From NCBI RefSeq assembly GCF_001194135.2, contig NC_068992.1, positions 1,798,888 to 1,851,557 on the forward strand: a stretch of 52,670 nt of DNA, given 5' to 3'. Source of the DNA: Octopus bimaculoides (Eukaryota). The number at the start of each line of letters is the position of its first letter. Position 1 is the stretch's first letter. Under the pieces are notes generated by a model, which saw nothing but the letters and a program-made list of their open reading frames with translations, made no database searches and was not told where the DNA came from. The position numbers and the translations under genes are program-made. Below are positions 12,463 through 24,015 of this stretch, piece after piece.

Positions 12463-14500
12463 TAGTTTGGCCATGTAACCTCTCATCCACTCCTTCAAAA
12501 TTTCTTAAATCTATAAATGTCTTTTATTGCAGTCTGTATACAAATCCAATATATTTTATTGCTTTCACTAAAGGCCACACCTCAGAAACAACTAAACATA
12601 TCCGAAATTTTCACTCTCCTACCTGTAAAATTAAAGTACTAATTTCCAGGATTTTATCAAACTTTCCAGGTTGAACTAATACGAAAATCCACTCGAATTC
12701 ACACCTTGTGTCCACAGAAATATTAAACTATGAAATTTCAGGAATGTTTGCTTTAGTATGAGGAATAACTAAGTACTTTCTCTCTCCTAATTCTCCAGTT
12801 TTTTTCCCGCTGAATCTCTATATTTTATATTCATTCTTATAACTATGCTATAAATGATTTGGTATGCATGAGACTAACTGTCCATGTTTTATTTTATTCC
12901 TCGAAACATACATTACCTGCAGCCATATTCTATTTGTACTGATTCCATAACCCCTCGTTCGACGTTTGATTTTAGGTACTTTGTCTGGTCTCAGTACTTA
13001 CCTTTTGAATATATTATACGCCATTTTGTTTTCTTGTTTGAAATACTGTGTCATTTTGCTAATTGCTACTGTAATATTTCCCCCAACTGGCGCCAATGTG
13101 GCAAAATGAAGGAAAATATTATTATCGTTCTCTGCTACTCTTCATCATTTTTCACTTTATGTTGGTGTTCTTTTATCGATGCACTATCGGATTGTTAGTG
13201 TCAATATTGGAATTTCGTTTTACTGCCACAGTGTATAACTCTGAATTTACATGAGTCAGAATGTACGCCTGTGATGCCATGCACGGTATGTGTATGTGTG
13301 TGTGTGTGTAAATATGTGAACCGGTATGAGTGCGCGCGCAAGCATTTGTATATGTAAGCATGTGTTTCAGTATGTGTATATGTGCGGTGAACAAATTACT
13401 GTGATTTATCTCGGTCTATTTCTTTTCTGACTACGTTGCTTCGTAGATATTACAATTTCTACAATTCTTTAATGGTATAGTTCTCTTGTAAATAGATTTC
13501 AGTTTTGTTTCTTATATTATTAATACAGAAGATCTTGTTGAAATGTATAATGCTGTTCCGTTCCTCCCCCGTAGTTTGGCTTCTTTTATTTGTAAACTTT
13601 CGCTGAGGTTTTCTTCTTAGCAGAAAAATGTTGTTTATCATACTTCATGTTTTATATTCATAGATTAATATATCATTGGTCAAGATTTCATTCCGTTTTT
13701 TCCTATTTTTCTCCGAATTACTTCGATACCGATTTTCTGCTGTGTGTATTGTCTCAATGCCCGTTGAAGTAAGTCAGTAGCTCGTTTATGCTAGTGCATG
13801 CGCTAAGTATTGTACTTATGTGTCTTTTGATGCGTATTAAACTATCTCATCGAATTATCAATGCAATAGACTTGAACCAATCCTGTCATTCTCAGATATG
13901 ATATTTAATGTGTAACCACGCGTGTTTTTGTGTGTGTGTGTATTTTTGCGTATGTGCGTGAACGTGTGTCTGTTGTGTGAAATGTTCTTGTTGACCAAAA
14001 CAAAATACTCTTCTGTCTCTCTTTGAACTTCTTTATTAATTAATTGTATATAATTACTTGCTCACCTAGATGTGACAACTGCATTTACATTTCTATTTGA
14101 AATATTGGTTAAAGTGTTTTCCGATCTGACCATCGATTTCCCAAGAATTTTCATGCTCTGCAATTAAGTATTCTTATATTGCATTTTGTATCTGATTTTG
14201 ATAAGGTGTGCTTCCCTTTATATTTTGTCTTATTTATGTTTTGCTTCAAACTTCTTGTGTTTCCTCGAACGCTATTGAATATTTTCCTCATTAAACATTG
14301 AAATCCAGCACAAATATCAATTGTGAATTCATGTCATCTACTTTCGTTTACTCCACATATCAACACTATTTCACTACTTCTGTGTATTCATTTGAGATAT
14401 TTCATTTTGATAATTTTTTTTAAATGAGGCTCAATTTGAACACTAAAAACTATAAGTTCATGGTTGTGAAATGTCATCCATTTCTTTCTATTTTGGTTTT
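12460..14500 (-). mobile_element. Decayed RTE-clade LINE, interrupted by (TG)n tracts
   Basis: Collinear remnants: LIFVLDFNV (about 14290-14315; GDFNA), LSHLGEQVIIYN*LIKKFK (about 14020-14075; SPGG.QIDYILINKKW), VAISKM..LRPDKVP..NKIKHGQL..KSFIA (about 12850-13070; AIKKMK..GPD.IP..NKIY.TGQLP..KS.FIA), TFIDLRNFEGV (about 12485-12520; FID..KAFD.V). Confidence 0.55.
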
Positions 14501-14681
14501 TATATAACTTGACATGTCTTCATATAAAAAATTATACTGAACATTCAATATAATTTGAAGAGTCATTCTACACAGATGTTTTATTTAGTGAACAGCCTCA
14601 ATCGTTATATATAACAGACAGCTTCGCGCTCCAACATTCATTTTGAAAGCAAAGTGTTGTAGAAATTTATTGACGGTAAGT

Positions 14682-14912
14682 GAGCTGGCAGAAACGTTAG
14701 CAAGCCGGGCGAAATGCTTAGCGGTATTTCGTCTGCCGTTACGTTCTGAGTTCAAATTCCGCCGAGGTCGACTTTGCCTTTCATCCTTTTGAAGTCGATA
14801 AATTAAGTACCAGTTACGCACTGAGATCGATGTAATAGACTTAATCCCCCCGCCCTTGTCTGTCCTTGTTTGTCCCCTCTATGTTTAGCCCCTTGTGGGC
14901 AATAAAGAAATA
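14682..14912 (+). mobile_element. SINE family A, young copy with alternative 3' tail and 21-bp TSD
   Basis: A-box-like tggcagaaacg and B-box gagttcaaattcc. Exact direct repeat agaaatttattgacggtaagt at 14661-14681 and 14913-14933. Confidence 0.95.
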
Positions 14913-16103
14913 AGAAATTTATTGACGGTAAGTTTTGAGCGATTCCACAGAAAATTTTGTAGTTTCCTGGAAGTATAATTTCAAGTGAAGAATATTATCA
15001 AAACCATTTTCATTTGCCATAATATGTCTGAGAAGTGTTTTATTATTTATGTGATAATATAGAAACAGGAGATAGATATAGGCTCAATCATGAGTACCAG
15101 TAAGACTTTCTAGTGTTATAAAGTCTAGTCGACTAAGGAAACATCGACAACTCAAACTGTATTGTTTAATCTGAACGATTTCAAATATAATTATTTTCGT
15201 CAAATATGTGCGTATATACATGAATCCGTGTATGTAGCATACATGTATATAGGTGAGCATTCATACAACTTTATGTGGTATGGATGGTACCTAGGGGATA
15301 TATTAAATATGTCCCCTCTTTTGTAAACACCTAGGTGTCTGCTATAATAATAAATCTGCAAAACTTCAATAAGACATTAATAAATACGGAATATTTTCTG
15401 TTGTGTTGAATAGATAAAGCCATCCATCATATTATATCTGCTTACCATCTAGTGTATTCTCCATTCTTTTCTTTATTACAGTTCTTTCATGTGGATGCTT
15501 CAAAGACTTCCGACTCTTTACAAATTGTTGCATGTCGTGTAGAATTCAAACAGTTTCTAGAAGCAGAACAACATACACATTCATTATGCGTTTCCTCTAT
15601 TCTCTGATGTTAAATTATGATAATTTTCTATCGGCCAATATCAAACTTGTTAAATACTGAATTACGAGCGGAATGTATTTAAAAAGAATAAAACCGACAC
15701 AAGTTCTTAATCATGTGTATTAAGGTGAGGAATATATATTTTAAATATGCAAACACATGGCTCAGACATCTAATCACACAAGGAAATGTCGTTTCAACAC
15801 CATGTTTGCAAATATCACTGAAAAAACAAAATATTAAAACGCAAGACCACCTAAGTGTAGTTGAAGATGAAAAATTAGCAAGAAAAACAATGCTATTTCT
15901 GGGTTAATCAGTGGAAAATTTGCTGGATTTGCATGAAAAATTCGTTCGGAATTGCTTTCAAACATAATAGGAACCGGGTCTAATATTAGGGATGCAAACC
16001 ACTTCTATGTGTTGTTTTATTCTTTACATACGCTTAGATAAACACGTGCAAATACACATAAACACATGTGTGCCATTATCATTTTTGCTGTTGTTGGTGT
16101 TGC

Positions 16104-16337
<234 letters not shown>

Positions 16338-16849
16338 ACGTGTGCAGACGTACGTAACTTTTATTGCTTGTATGCACCACTCGTTTTTAGTGGTTCATAG
16401 GCTGTCTTCAATTACATTGGGATCTGCCCCAAGTTTTGTCAATATATATTAACGTTGACCATGTTGTTACCGAAGTGATAGCAGAGAGTGGATGAATAAC
16501 CATTTTTGTTCCCTGGCAAAGGCATCAAATTGCTTTCCATGGTACACCCCCGCCATACACGCACATGTGTGTATGTATACATGGATATATTTATAAATAT
16601 ATGCACACACACACACACACAAACGCACAGACATATAAGTAATATATTGGTTGCGAAATTTACAAAGAACTTCATGCATATAGTGTTGAAACTATGGAAC
16701 GACAAAGAAACACGAACATCGTCATCACCACCAAAAACAGGACTTCTATCGTCATTGTCACTACCAGCATAAAATCGAACACAAGCAGCTTAGAAGTAAG
16801 AACAATGACAAAGTCAATGCCATCTCCTCCACCAGAGACACAAGAAATT

Positions 16850-17290
16850 AGAAAGAATATTCTGGCTGAGTTTTTTTATGAGGAAAATAGATAAAATCTT
16901 CCGTATTCAGCCTGGTCTATTGGTTCTACCAGAGACAACAAGAGGTCTATTAAACTCACCGGTGTACAAAGAGCAAATGTTTGACAAACACGCAGATCAG
17001 ACTTGATAATTCGTAAAGGAAGGACTACCATATGCTTTCTTAAACCTTTTAAGAAGTGTTCTGTTAAACATTGCTCTCATTCAATTACAAGAACTTGGAG
17101 ACGAGGTAGTATTAGAAAGAACGTTTTCATCACATTCCGGACCACAGGCAGTTATTGCATTATATGGACAAGAAAATCATGAAATTCACGACCAGGTAGA
17201 TTGTTGATGATCTGCATTCTTGATTTTATTTCAAAACCTCAAAGAAGTGGTAAGCCTCATTGATGATCAGCAACAAGATGGGAGTGGGAG
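16850..17290 (+). mobile_element. Possible Ty3/gypsy-like RT relic
   Basis: Frameshifted series EENR / IQPGLLV..RGLLNSP / NLLRSVL..LQELG..LERTF..VIALYG / QNLKEVVSL, loosely parallel to EESR / HKGLF..FGL.SAP / NL..VL..L.E.G..L..C.F..YLG / NVKELRSFL. The YxDD motif is not preserved. Confidence 0.3.
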
Positions 17291-17884
17291 TCTGCATTCA
17301 TATAGAATCCCCATTGAATCTCAAAAGCACAAGGCTTCTACTCCATTATGGGAGCTCAAAAAAGGCTAAACAAACGAACGATGTACAACAAAAGCGAAAT
17401 GAAATATAAGTTCAGCAAGATATGAACACAGTTAGAGTGATAAGCGCAAAAATTGTATTCCGTAGATAAAACTTTTGATGGGTGAAACTGAACTTACTCA
17501 GGATAATAGGTCGTGTAAACAGTTGCCATTGGCCAGAGGTTCCTGCTGATATGAATACGCGGGTAAAATATCAATTTTAATACATTCTGCTGAAAAAAAA
17601 AAATCAAAATTGGAAGAAACGTATGTTTGACAGCAGCACAAGCAGCCAAGAATGACAGAACCATAATTTAATGATCAGGTCACAGGATGTTGCTGCTGCT
17701 GTTGCTGCTGCTACAGCCGCTTTTGACACTAACTGCAAAACCATTTGTTGAAGCTCGAAACATAGCGAGAGTTGATAATAATAATAATAATAATTTAATA
17801 TTATTAATAATAATAATAATATAGTATTATTATGATTTTTATTAATATTATTATTATTTTATTATTACTATTATTATTATTGCC

Positions 17885-18972
17885 TTTGCACAGCATCCAA
17901 CGCTGAAGATGTACTACAGTGTCAGCTGTTCCCTACCAGTGACCTAAGGTAACACCTCTTATTTTCCGAGCACCTTTCGGAGTATACGGTGAGAAAGTGT
18001 GGTCACCGTCTGTCTGACTCGCATCCCCGCAGCTGATCTCTTTGAGTGAACTGCAATCTTGGATCAAGCGTCGATCAAGGCTGGACGTCTGCTACTTTGA
18101 GTATGGCCAGGAGCTCACGCTCCTCACCCAGTCGGGCAATGCAATTAGTTGAAGTTATTCTATGGCGTTGTATAGAGGGTTTGTAGTGAACAGAAACGAC
18201 GACGTTCTTGGGGAGACTCCGGGCGTCGATGAATTTCAACTCACCAGTCTGTCCCGACGGACTTTCGGGCTGGGGCCTATGGATACCTCCCAGAAATCTC
18301 TGCCCTGGCAATAAACTTTACAGGCACAGAAGTACTATCAGTCGGACGTACCTGAGATATGCGCGGGGCGACGTAATAGTTCTGCACGCGTTCGTTAAGT
18401 GCCCCAGCATATCTGAATAATGTGTTGGTGGGTTTATATCGAAGACCTGCCCCACCGCCTTCCTTTGGCCGGCAAGGACAGGAAATTTTCATCTGTCTCG
18501 TAGCTGTAGCGAAAGAGGTTGTGTGGTCGTCTAAACTGAAAGTACTGAAGACAAATACTTTTCTCTTTGGCCTACCCTTCATCAACTTTTTCAGATACTA
18601 TCTGAAAAGGAAAGTGAGGGTTGAGAGAGAAGTGCTGATTTGCAGAAATTTTGTTAAAAGGTGGGTGATTGTGGCGAAGATGGTCCGTATCAACGGGCAT
18701 ACTTTGAGCATGCGCTTTTGAGTTTTCAAAAATAAGAGAGAGAGAGAAATATGAGGAGAGGGCTGTTGCTTTAGTGGTCGTGGTACTTGTGGATCTTTCG
18801 TGGTGTCTCCATGTGTAGCCCAAAGTTTCTTGCCTCCGTTAGGCATTTTCTTTGTTATATTTTTCATTGCTAATGACTTTATACACGACACTTTATGCAA
18901 CCCCACTTTGTCCTTCCTGTTTTGTAATGTCCAATCTTAGTTTTGTCGGTCCTTGTGGCTCTTAAAGAAAGG
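17885..18972 (+). mobile_element. Tx1-like (L1 clade) LINE, 5'-truncated ORF2 C-terminus plus 3' UTR
   Basis: VWSP..PQLISLSELQSWIKRR; SRTYLRYARGDVIVLHAFVKCPSI (decayed C-x2-C..H-x4-C knuckle); FICLVAVAKEVVW..LK..FLFGLPFINFFRYYLKRKVRVEREVL..FVKRWV. GC-rich relative to its flanks and bounded by (ATT)n on both sides. Confidence 0.85.
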
Positions 18973-18973
18973 C

Positions 18974-19029
<56 letters not shown>

Positions 19030-19064
19030 GTCATTATTGTTGTTATTATTATTATCATTAATAT

Positions 19065-19108
<44 letters not shown>

Positions 19109-19110
19109 AT
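18974..19110. repeat. Compound (ATT)n-(GTA)n microsatellite
   Basis: Directly visible. Confidence 0.97.
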
Positions 19111-19434
19111 GTTCGCATTGGTGGCGGTGGTGCTAAATCATTAAAATACATTAATTATATCATCATCTCTTCTTCTAACACGATTGTAATTATATTTAAC
19201 TAAAGTAATTTAAGAAAATTGCTCGTAAAATAATGACTGTGATATTTACGACATTATGGACAACTTTTCCAGAATGTTAAATACCGTTAAATAGTATGAC
19301 GTGACATTATACTCTCAAATACCACACTCCATGGACAGCTTCACCAAACACAATGAAACCGAGTCGAAATATAAGCGGAGACGAAACTTGTCTTGTTTTA
19401 CAACGGATAATAACTAGAACAATTATATGAACAG

Positions 19435-19619
19435 CAGTAACAACAACAACAATAACAACAACATCATCATCATCATCATCATTATCACCAATAACAACAA
19501 CAACAACTGCAACATTAACATCAAAAACCAACAATAGAACAACATGTATAACGAAAGCAATTGCCGCATCAATATGAATACAAAAAAGAAACCAAAATTA
19601 TTGGACAATAATACTTTGA

Positions 19620-19696
<77 letters not shown>

Positions 19697-19725
19697 TAAT
19701 AATAATAATAGTATCAACAACAACA
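19435..19725. repeat. Compound (AAC)/(ATC)/(AAT)n microsatellite region
   Basis: Directly visible. Confidence 0.95.
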
Positions 19726-20163
19726 GCATTTGCATCTCTGATAATAATTGTTTCTATACAAGACTTAGGATATTGCGTGAAAAGAGTTATAATAATCAAT
19801 TTCCTTATACGTTTTAGAATAAAATTTTTAATGGCAATGAGGTCATAGATTTGTTTTCTGGTTCTTTTTTTTATCTTTGGTACTTTGGTTTTTCTTCTAT
19901 GATATAAATATCTGCATGTCTACGAGTTTATAATAAATTTGATTTTGTTATCTCTTTATTAGGTAAGCAGAAATATAGATATTTTTCTCTTCTATCTATA
20001 TTCTAGCTTATGTATGCGTCTAAAGTACAATAACGATTATTTTAAATGTAGAATTTCATGTGATATATTCATAATATGCCTAAACTTTCTTTCTCTCTCG
20101 CTCTCTTTTTGCACACGCACACACAAACACACAAGCACACAAGCACACACATGNNNNNNNNNN

Positions 20164-20213
<50 letters not shown>

Positions 20214-20430
20214 GTAACTTTTTCTCAACTCATTGAAAATAAATTATTATCGATATTTCACCATTGATTTCTGTATATCAACACTTCTGTGATGTTGCTT
20301 TATCGTTCAATGTCCTTCCTATGTTCATTCTTCCGCCTTCATTTAAAATTCTCCATTAAAAATGTTTCATCTGGTTTGAATGTAGTAAATCTAGACGTTT
20401 TGCACACACTCGCATTATGCACACACGCAC

Positions 20431-20577
20431 AAAAAGGCTTGGATGCACGCACACACACACGAGGCATAGATGTACGCACACACACACAAAAAAAAAGGCT
20501 TGGATGCACGCACACACACACATACACACACAAAAAGGCATGGATGTACGCACACACACATACACACACGCAAAACA
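20431..20577. repeat. Four-unit minisatellite [AAAAAGGC(T/A)TGGATG(C/T)ACG(CA)n]
   Basis: Unit cores ggcttggatgcacg / ggcatagatgtacg / ggcttggatgcacg / ggcatggatgtacg, each followed by a (CA)n tract. Confidence 0.9.
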
Positions 20578-21700
20578 GGGTAAATGGATAAAGAAATTTC
20601 TGAAATGAAATTTAAGAATCATATCCAAGGTAAGCAAGAAATACAATCTCGGAGTGTCACGTATTATTCTTGTTCCGCCTTCACAAGACTGGACATAAAT
20701 GACTGTTTCGTATCTTGGTTCCTCGTTCTTTGGTATAAACCAATTGCAGAGCTTCGGTTTTCTGTTTTACTGTCGGTCGAAGTCAAAGAATGCTGAAGTT
20801 TGCAATAATTCATAGTAAAATACTTATCTATAACTATAACTGGCATTGCTAGAAAGTATACCAGATTAGCCGTGGCAGCGAAGTGTTTTAGTAATGTAGA
20901 TTACGAACACGGTACCATATTACAATACAAAGGGAAACACATCTATAATATCGATATTAATACATCTTGTCATGAATGTCTGGAGGGGAGCAGAGTGAAA
21001 ATAAAAACGCCACCAACTCAGATATTGATATGATTACAATCACGACAAAAAAGACTTTTGTAACACTTCAGTACGAAATGGAATGGAATGAAGGACAGGG
21101 AATTACTCACTAGCATAAGCCTTCATACTATATTTACACGCTAACAAAAATTCCTGATATACGTGTTATAAAAATGTTATTTTTCGCCATCTCCTATAGA
21201 AGGAATGGATAAGTTTTGTAAGAACATAATTGGCATATTTATGGCAGCTATCCTGAAACTGCCCATGACCAAGTAATTTCTTTATAGTAATGGAGACTTA
21301 TGAACAAAACAGCAATAATCGTATTAAAGCAAACTAAGACATTACATAATTATATAATACACATTGTAACCCATTGTTATCATAGATTAAGTAGCAGAAG
21401 CAATACGTAACCTCTTATTATGCACTAATATATTTACTGGGTTACCGTTCTCCCCAAAATATTGTACTACTGATGAAGAGCGGTTTTAAAGAGCAAGATT
21501 TTTATGACTTGCACAATAACAATTTTGCAGGAACAGAAGAGGGAATTTTATTATAGCTCAATTCAAACATATAAGTAGAATGTAACAGCAACACAATCAG
21601 AAAAGTTTTGTCCATATTAATAAAACATTTCTCGGCAACACACAAATTCTGCATTTCTTCCAAGCAAACCATCACTAAGCGGGTATTAGTTCTCAGAAAA

Positions 21701-21771
<71 letters not shown>

Positions 21772-22029
21772 AGAGAGAGAGAGAGAAAGAGAGCGGGATA
21801 CAAAGATAGATAAGTTGCATATACACACTCACCCACACATATATAGTCATTTAGTAAAAAAACCTACATCAGAAAAAAAACACACTCTTAAGAATAGAGC
21901 AGTTATTATTACAACAAAAATTTTATATCTTGGACATAGAGTTCCCAAGGTTTCACATTCACAAAACAAAGCCTTGTGGACAGCTCGTCACACTCTCGAT
22001 AAATACACAATTTAAAATATCTACGTCGC

Positions 22030-22405
22030 AGACGGGAGGAAACTATCAGAACTCGAGGAATACGTTTCGACAAAAAAACGTCAATGAAGACGGGTTATCT
22101 CCCTGAATCAGAGGGGAGAGGGAAACCCTTATAGACCCGAAGAAGCCTAACTAGCAGACGGGGAGATCCAATTTTCCAGTAGATGCCGCTGGAAGTGGAT
22201 ACATTTAGAAAACACTTCTTTACGGCTGTTTAATGCGCAAGGTTTGTTATAGTCCTTAAGAATTTTGGCTCTCTCTGCGATGCAAATATTGCAACGGCCA
22301 CCTCCATTAATATACGGGCTCGGATGATCAATTAATTTCCACCTGATATCACACGGGGTCTATTGATCTTTGAGGTGCCATACATGTCACTACTTAATGG
22401 AATTT
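22030..22405 (-). mobile_element. Penelope-like element, GIY-YIG C-terminus and 3' tail
   Basis: HVWHLKDQ*TPCDIRWKLIDHPSPYINGGGRCNICIAERAKILKDYNKPCALNSRKEVFSKCIH, matching the PLE end pattern HIW.LKD...I.W.I...PY..G..C.LC..E...I......LN.R.E..SKC.H. Missed by the ORF track. Confidence 0.85.
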
Positions 22406-22415
22406 GGTCTGCGAT

Positions 22416-22484
22416 CGTAAAGACAGAAGAATTGCCGCTAAGCATTTTTCCCAGCATGCTAACGATTCTGCCAAATCGCCGCCC
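22416..22484 (-). mobile_element. SINE family A 5' head fragment, inverted relative to the next copy
   Basis: cgtaaagacagaagaattgccgctaagcattttt..gctaacgattctgccaaatcgccgcc. Confidence 0.8.
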
Positions 22485-22515
22485 TATTACCCACGATAAT
22501 ATGAATAAACAACAT

Positions 22516-22745
22516 AAGGTGCTGAGCAAGCAGACTTGTTAGCAAGCTGGTCAATATGGTTGCCAGCATTTTGTCTGTCTTGACGTTCTGAATTGGATTA
22601 TTGCCGAAGTTGCCTTTACTTTTCATCATTGCTGAGTCGTTAAAGTAAGTAGCAGTTGATCAGCGAGGTTGATGTAATTGACTTTCCCACTACCTTAGAA
22701 AGAAAAATAATTGCTGGCCCGGTGCCTGAATTTGAAACCAATACT
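22516..22745 (+). mobile_element. SINE family A, old diverged full-length copy
   Basis: aaggtgctgagc.., ttgacgttctgaattgg.., cttttcatc.., ggcccggtgcctgaatttgaaacc are collinear with the family. Confidence 0.6.
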
Positions 22746-22959
22746 AATAAACAACAAAAACACGTTAACGAATCATTTATTGAAACAAGTGTAATAAATA
22801 TGATTACCATTTGTCGTAATGCTCCGTTTTATCATCTTGGCAAAACAATAGAGCCTTTCATATTATTTATGTGTATGTGTGTGTGAGAGTTTGTACGTAT
22901 ACAAATTTTTAATTCCATACAAAATAGATATATGCATACAATACACACTCTTTCTCCCT

Positions 22960-23354
<395 letters not shown>

Positions 23355-23865
23355 TTTTAATGCGGTGTATCAATGTATTATTTTTCTGTGTATTCAGACA
23401 TGTAAAAACTGTAGATGCGAGCTATACATATATTACGTCATACACATCGTCAAACATACACGTAATATATTTGTGTCTACGTGTGTCTGCTGTGTGTAAT
23501 ATTATATCAAATTCGTGGTGTCAAGCACGAACTACCTTTGTTTCACTGTTTTGTGTTAAACAGCTGCTACGAAACAAGAAGTATTCTGTACTCAGTTACC
23601 GCTGTTCATTATCATTAACTAAATTAGGCATTTTTTTAATTACATGCCGATACAGTTATGTGGCGCCTTTATTAATTTCACTTCCAATGTCATAGATTAT
23701 TCGTATGAATATGTGTGATCATTGAGCTTTCTGTTAAAGGGAAATGACGGATGGTAATTCGCGTCTGGGTGATTAGGACAGCGTGCTGACTGTGCGGGCT
23801 GAAGTAGACTCCAATGCTGGGGCTTCTAGAAATAAATGTTGCGTTTATTGTTATTATATATGGCC

Positions 23866-24015
23866 TTAAGGCGATCAGTTGTCAGAATCGTTAGCACAGC
23901 GAAGAAAATGCTTAACGGTATCTTATTATGGTTCTTCATGTCCTCAGTTCAAACTTCACCGAAGTCGTCTTTAGATTTTATCCTTTCCGATTCAATATAT
24001 TGATACGTTAGGTAC
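23866..24015 (+). mobile_element. SINE family A, diverged
   Basis: aaggcgatcagttgtcagaatcgttagcac..aaaatgcttaacggtat..cagttcaaacttcaccgaagtcg. Confidence 0.8.

Noticed and set aside
13002-13086. Minus-strand 85-nt segment with strong acceptor and aag|gtaagt donor and one open frame (GGNITVAISKM..)
   Set aside because: The peptide and its flanks are collinear with RTE RT motifs, so it is LINE relic sequence. Exonisation cannot be excluded without RNA data.
15293-15334. 25-nt hairpin followed by CTAG, resembling a Helitron 3' end
   Set aside because: CTAG is followed by G rather than T, and no Helitron body or 5' TC end was identified.
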